A DNA stretch of 50,706 nucleotides, taken from positions 1-50,706 of the forward strand of contig JAOARA010000176.1 of the NCBI GenBank assembly GCA_025211115.1. Reading direction: 5' to 3'. Below the pieces are notes generated by a model that was not told where the DNA came from, did no database searches, and saw only the letters and a list, made by a program, of their open reading frames with translations. Positions 47,514 through 50,706 of this stretch are shown here, piece by piece; position 1 is the first letter of the stretch, and each line of letters opens with the position of its first letter. A program made the position numbers and the translations under genes. Source of the stretch: Roseicyclus sp. (GTDB lineage Bacteria; Pseudomonadota; Alphaproteobacteria; Rhodobacterales; Rhodobacteraceae).

Positions 47514-49040
47514 ATGAGCTCGGATGTTCTCGTTTGGTTCAAGCGTGACCTGCGCCTGCAGGACAACCCCGTGCTGGCCCTCGCGGCCGCGCGCGGGGGC
47601 CGCGTGCTGCCGCTCTTCATCGCCGAACCCGAGGGCTGGGCGCAGCCCGACGCCTCGGCCCGGCAGTGGCGTTTCGTGGCCGAAAGCCTTGCCACCCTGC
47701 GCGAGGATCTCGCCCGCATCGGCGCACCGCTGCTCGTCAGGACCGGCCCCGCGCGCGACGTGCTGGCGGACCTCTGCGCCGCCACCGGCATCCGCGAGGT
47801 TCTCAGCCTCGAGGAAACCGGCAACGGCTGGAGCTACGCCCGCGACCGCGCCATCGGCGCTTGGGCGCGGGCAAACGGCATCACCTGGACCGAACTGCCG
47901 CAACCGGGCGTCGTGCGACGCCTCAAGGGCCGCGACGGCTGGGCCGCCCGGCGCGAGCGCGCGATCCGCGCCGACGCCGCCGCGACACCCGCGGCGCTGC
48001 AGGGCTTCCCCCTCGACCCCGGCCCGATCCCCGAGGCGCGCGCCCTCGGCCTGCCCTTCGACCCCTGCCCCGGCCGCCAGCGCGGCGGGCGGGCCGAGGC
48101 CGAGGCGACGCTCGCCTCCTTCCTCGACACCCGCGGTCAAAGCTACCGCCGCGCCATGTCCTCGCCGCTGGAGGCGGCCACCGCCTGCTCCCGCCTCTCG
48201 CCGCATCTGGCATGGGGCACGCTCTCCCCGCGCGAGGCGGCGCAGGCCGCCAAAACCCGCAAGCAACAGGCCCGCGGCACCCGCGACGGCTGGTCCGGCT
48301 CCATGACCAGTTTCGAGGCCCGCCTCGCCTGGCGCGACCATTTCATGCAGAAGCTCGAGGACGAGCCGGCGCTCGAACACCGCTGCCTGCACTCCGCCTA
48401 CGAGGGGTTGCGCAGCGACGACCCCGCCCGCCGCACGGCGTGGGAAAAGGGCGAGACCGGCCTGCCCTTCGTCGATGCCTGCATGCGCTCCCTGATCCAC
48501 ACCGGCTGGCTCAACTTCCGCATGCGCGCGATGCTGGTGGCGGTCGCCTCCTACCACCTCTGGCTCGACTGGCGCGCCACAGGCCCGCACCTCGCGCGGA
48601 TGTTCACCGATTACGAGCCGGGCATCCACTGGCCGCAGATGCAGATGCAATCGGGCACGACCGGCATGAACACCATCCGCATCTACAACCCGGTGAAACA
48701 GGGCCACGACCAGGACCCCACCGGCGCCTTCACGCGCCACTGGTGCCCCGAGCTGCGCGAGGTGCCCGATGCTTGCCTGCAAACGCCCTGGACATGGGAG
48801 GGCGCGGGCAAGCTTCTCGGCCGCGCCTATCCCGCCCCCGTCGTCGACGTGGCCGAGGCCGCCCGCGCCGCCCGCGACCGCGTCTGGGCGATCCGCCGCG
48901 GCGATGCCTTCCGGGCCGAGGCCGCGCGCATCGTCACCAAGCACGCCAGCCGCAAGGACGGCGGCGCGGGCCGCCATTTCGTCAACGACCGCGCGCGCAA
49001 GCCGCGCAAACCCGATGCGCAGCTGAGCCTCGACCTCTGA
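47514..49040 (+). CDS. DNA photolyase/cryptochrome family protein (FAD-binding)
   Basis: VWFKRDLRLQDNP, CSRLSPHLAWG, LAWRDHF, GETGLPFVDACMR.L..TGWLNFRMR, FTDYEPGIHW, RIYNPVKQ, YPAPVVD. Confidence 0.92.
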   Translation: MSSDVLVWFKRDLRLQDNPVLALAAARGGRVLPLFIAEPEGWAQPDASARQWRFVAESLATLREDLARIGAPLLVRTGPARDVLADLCAATGIREVLSLEETGNGWSYARDRAIGAWARANGITWTELPQPGVVRRLKGRDGWAARRERAIRADAAATPAALQGFPLDPGPIPEARALGLPFDPCPGRQRGGRAEAEATLASFLDTRGQSYRRAMSSPLEAATACSRLSPHLAWGTLSPREAAQAAKTRKQQARGTRDGWSGSMTSFEARLAWRDHFMQKLEDEPALEHRCLHSAYEGLRSDDPARRTAWEKGETGLPFVDACMRSLIHTGWLNFRMRAMLVAVASYHLWLDWRATGPHLARMFTDYEPGIHWPQMQMQSGTTGMNTIRIYNPVKQGHDQDPTGAFTRHWCPELREVPDACLQTPWTWEGAGKLLGRAYPAPVVDVAEAARAARDRVWAIRRGDAFRAEAARIVTKHASRKDGGAGRHFVNDRARKPRKPDAQLSLDL

Positions 49041-49044
49041 ACGC

Positions 49045-49806
49045 TCAAAGCAGCGTCGCCAGCCACACCAGCGAAATCAGCACCGGCTGATGCACGAGAT
49101 AGACCAACAGGCTGTGCCGCCCCGGCACCGCCAGCGCCCGCGCCACCGGCCCCGCCTGCCACGCCGCCAGCCGCGCCCACAGCCCCGCGCGCTCCATCGC
49201 CCTGGCCACGGCGATCCCGAACAGCACCGGCCCGAACCACGGGAAGACCGGCACGAAATCGACCGAGCGCACGCCCACCGCCTGCAACCCCGTCCACCAC
49301 AGCCATGGCGCGTCGAAGACCTCGAACCGCACCACCTGCGGCACCCAGATCACCGCCGCGCCCAAGACCACCAGCACGACCACCGGCAGCCGCAGAAAGG
49401 CCAGCCCCAACAGGCTCGCCACCGCGATGGAATGCAGGATGCCGAAAAAGACGAAAGCGCCGGGAAACACCACCCATGTCACCGCCGTGATCACCAGCGC
49501 GGCCGCCACGATCATCCCCAGCCGTCGCCAATAGCCGCGCCAGCGGATGCCCCGGCCATGGCCCAGCCACAGACCCACGCCGACAAGGAACAGGAACGAC
49601 CCCGCCGTCAGGAAGGCCAGCCAGCGCCAGCCCGGCAGCATCGTGGTGCCCTGCGCCACGACGCCGAACATCTCGAGGTCGAAGACGAAGTGAAACACCG
49701 CCATCGCCACCAGCGCGCCCGCGCGCGCCAGGTCCAGCGCCACGATGCGCCCCCGCGCCACGCCCGCCGCCGCAGGCCCTGCTCCCGTCATCACCGCCTC
49801 GCTCAT
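49045..49806 (-). CDS. DUF1624 / heparan-alpha-glucosaminide N-acetyltransferase-like membrane protein
   Basis: RIVALDLARAGALVAMAVFH, FLFLVGV, FFGILHSI, DFVPVFPW, GRHSL.VYLVHQ. Confidence 0.88.
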   Translation of the reverse strand: MSEAVMTGAGPAAAGVARGRIVALDLARAGALVAMAVFHFVFDLEMFGVVAQGTTMLPGWRWLAFLTAGSFLFLVGVGLWLGHGRGIRWRGYWRRLGMIVAAALVITAVTWVVFPGAFVFFGILHSIAVASLLGLAFLRLPVVVLVVLGAAVIWVPQVVRFEVFDAPWLWWTGLQAVGVRSVDFVPVFPWFGPVLFGIAVARAMERAGLWARLAAWQAGPVARALAVPGRHSLLVYLVHQPVLISLVWLATLL

Positions 49807-49895
49807 GGGCCGAGACCCTAGCATCGGGCCGCTGCCATGCCTACATCCATCCCATGCGTCACGCGACCGTTACCAACGACTGCGAGACCGCGGGC

Positions 49896-50706
49896 ATGGA
49901 CATGGCCACCCGCATCGACCCGCTTCTCGCCGAGCGCGCGCCCTGGATCGCCCGCGACCATACCGCCGGGCGGTTGGCGCGACCGCTCCTCCACCGCCTG
50001 CTCGGCTACGGCCGCACCCTCGCACTGGCCGAAAGCCTGTCCGAGCGCCCCGGCCCCGAGATCCTCGAGCGCGCCGCTCGGATCATCACCCGCGACATCG
50101 CCGTGACCGGGCTGGACCACATCCCCGCCCATGGCCCCGCGCTGATCGTCGCCAATCACCCCACCGGCATCGCCGACGGGCTGGTGCTGACCCGCATCCT
50201 CGCCGCGCGGCGCTCGGATGCGTTCTTCTATGCCAATGCCGATATCCTGCGCGTCCTGCCACAGCTCGACACTGTCATTGCCCCGGTCGAATGGCGGCCC
50301 GAGAAACGCAGCCACGCCAAGGCGCGCCAGACCATGGCCTATACCCGCGATGCGCTGACAGAGGGGCGGCTCGGCGTGATCTTCCCCTCGGGCCGGCTCG
50401 CCAAGCGCCGCGGGCTGACCCTGCACGAGCGGCCCTGGATGCCGTCCGCGGCCAGCATCGCGCGCAAGTTCGACCTGCCGGTGATCCCGGTGCATCTCGA
50501 CGCGCGCAACTCGGCGCTGTTCTACGCCTTCGACCTCATCCACCCGACGCTGCGCGACATAACGCTGTTCCACGAGACGCTGAACAAGGGGCAGATGCCC
50601 TTTCGCGTGACGGTGGGCGCGCCGATCCCCGCCCGCGACCTGCCCGCCGATCCCGAGGCGGCCACCGCCGCCCTGCGCGCAGCCACGCTCGGCCTTGCGC
50701 CCGACC
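49896..50706 (+). CDS. Acyltransferase (PlsC-like / lysophospholipid acyltransferase family), 3' end runs off the window
   Basis: Manual translation MDMATRIDPLLAERAPW...GLDHIPAHGPALIVANHPTGIADG...VIFPSGRLA (NHxxxxD and FP motifs); start 49896 or 49902. Confidence 0.88.
   Translation, partial: MDMATRIDPLLAERAPWIARDHTAGRLARPLLHRLLGYGRTLALAESLSERPGPEILERAARIITRDIAVTGLDHIPAHGPALIVANHPTGIADGLVLTRILAARRSDAFFYANADILRVLPQLDTVIAPVEWRPEKRSHAKARQTMAYTRDALTEGRLGVIFPSGRLAKRRGLTLHERPWMPSAASIARKFDLPVIPVHLDARNSALFYAFDLIHPTLRDITLFHETLNKGQMPFRVTVGAPIPARDLPADPEAATAALRAATLGLAPD

Overview
High-GC (about 70% by eye) chromosomal segment of an alphaproteobacterium. Gene content and synteny point to Rhodobacteraceae/Roseobacteraceae (inference). 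It is mostly core genome with about 52 supportable CDSs: amidase, prfB, PBP1A, amiC, aminotransferase, DsbA-like protein, RNase E, DctB/DctD-like pair, purC-purS-(ADH)-purQ, ATPase zeta inhibitor, a split cobalamin methionine synthase cluster (bmt, corrinoid protein, DUF1638), sufE, rnd, two GAPDH paralogues flanking a 5-kb accessory block (CcdAB toxin-antitoxin, PepSY-cytochrome b-membrane LuxR, polar amino acid ABC transporter), an ATP-dependent DNA ligase, glcG/glcB, a degenerate Hint-domain protein, DUF2256, pepN, VOC plus YafY/WYL regulator, and a photolyase/cryptochrome. I saw no rRNA, tRNA, CRISPR array, transposase or integrase. The most unusual non-coding signal is two arrays of back-to-back perfect 20-24 bp palindromes with a 22-24 bp period (21205-21294, four units with TTGCAA cores, directly behind an 83-aa gene of unknown function; 24981-25047, three units). 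Both arrays begin right after the same TGAGGCGCC stop-codon context. A separate 23-24 bp dispersed repeat occurs four times, always in the same sense as the preceding gene. The very long ORFs antisense to real genes are high-GC shadow ORFs. All product calls come from recognising motifs by eye; no database searches were run.
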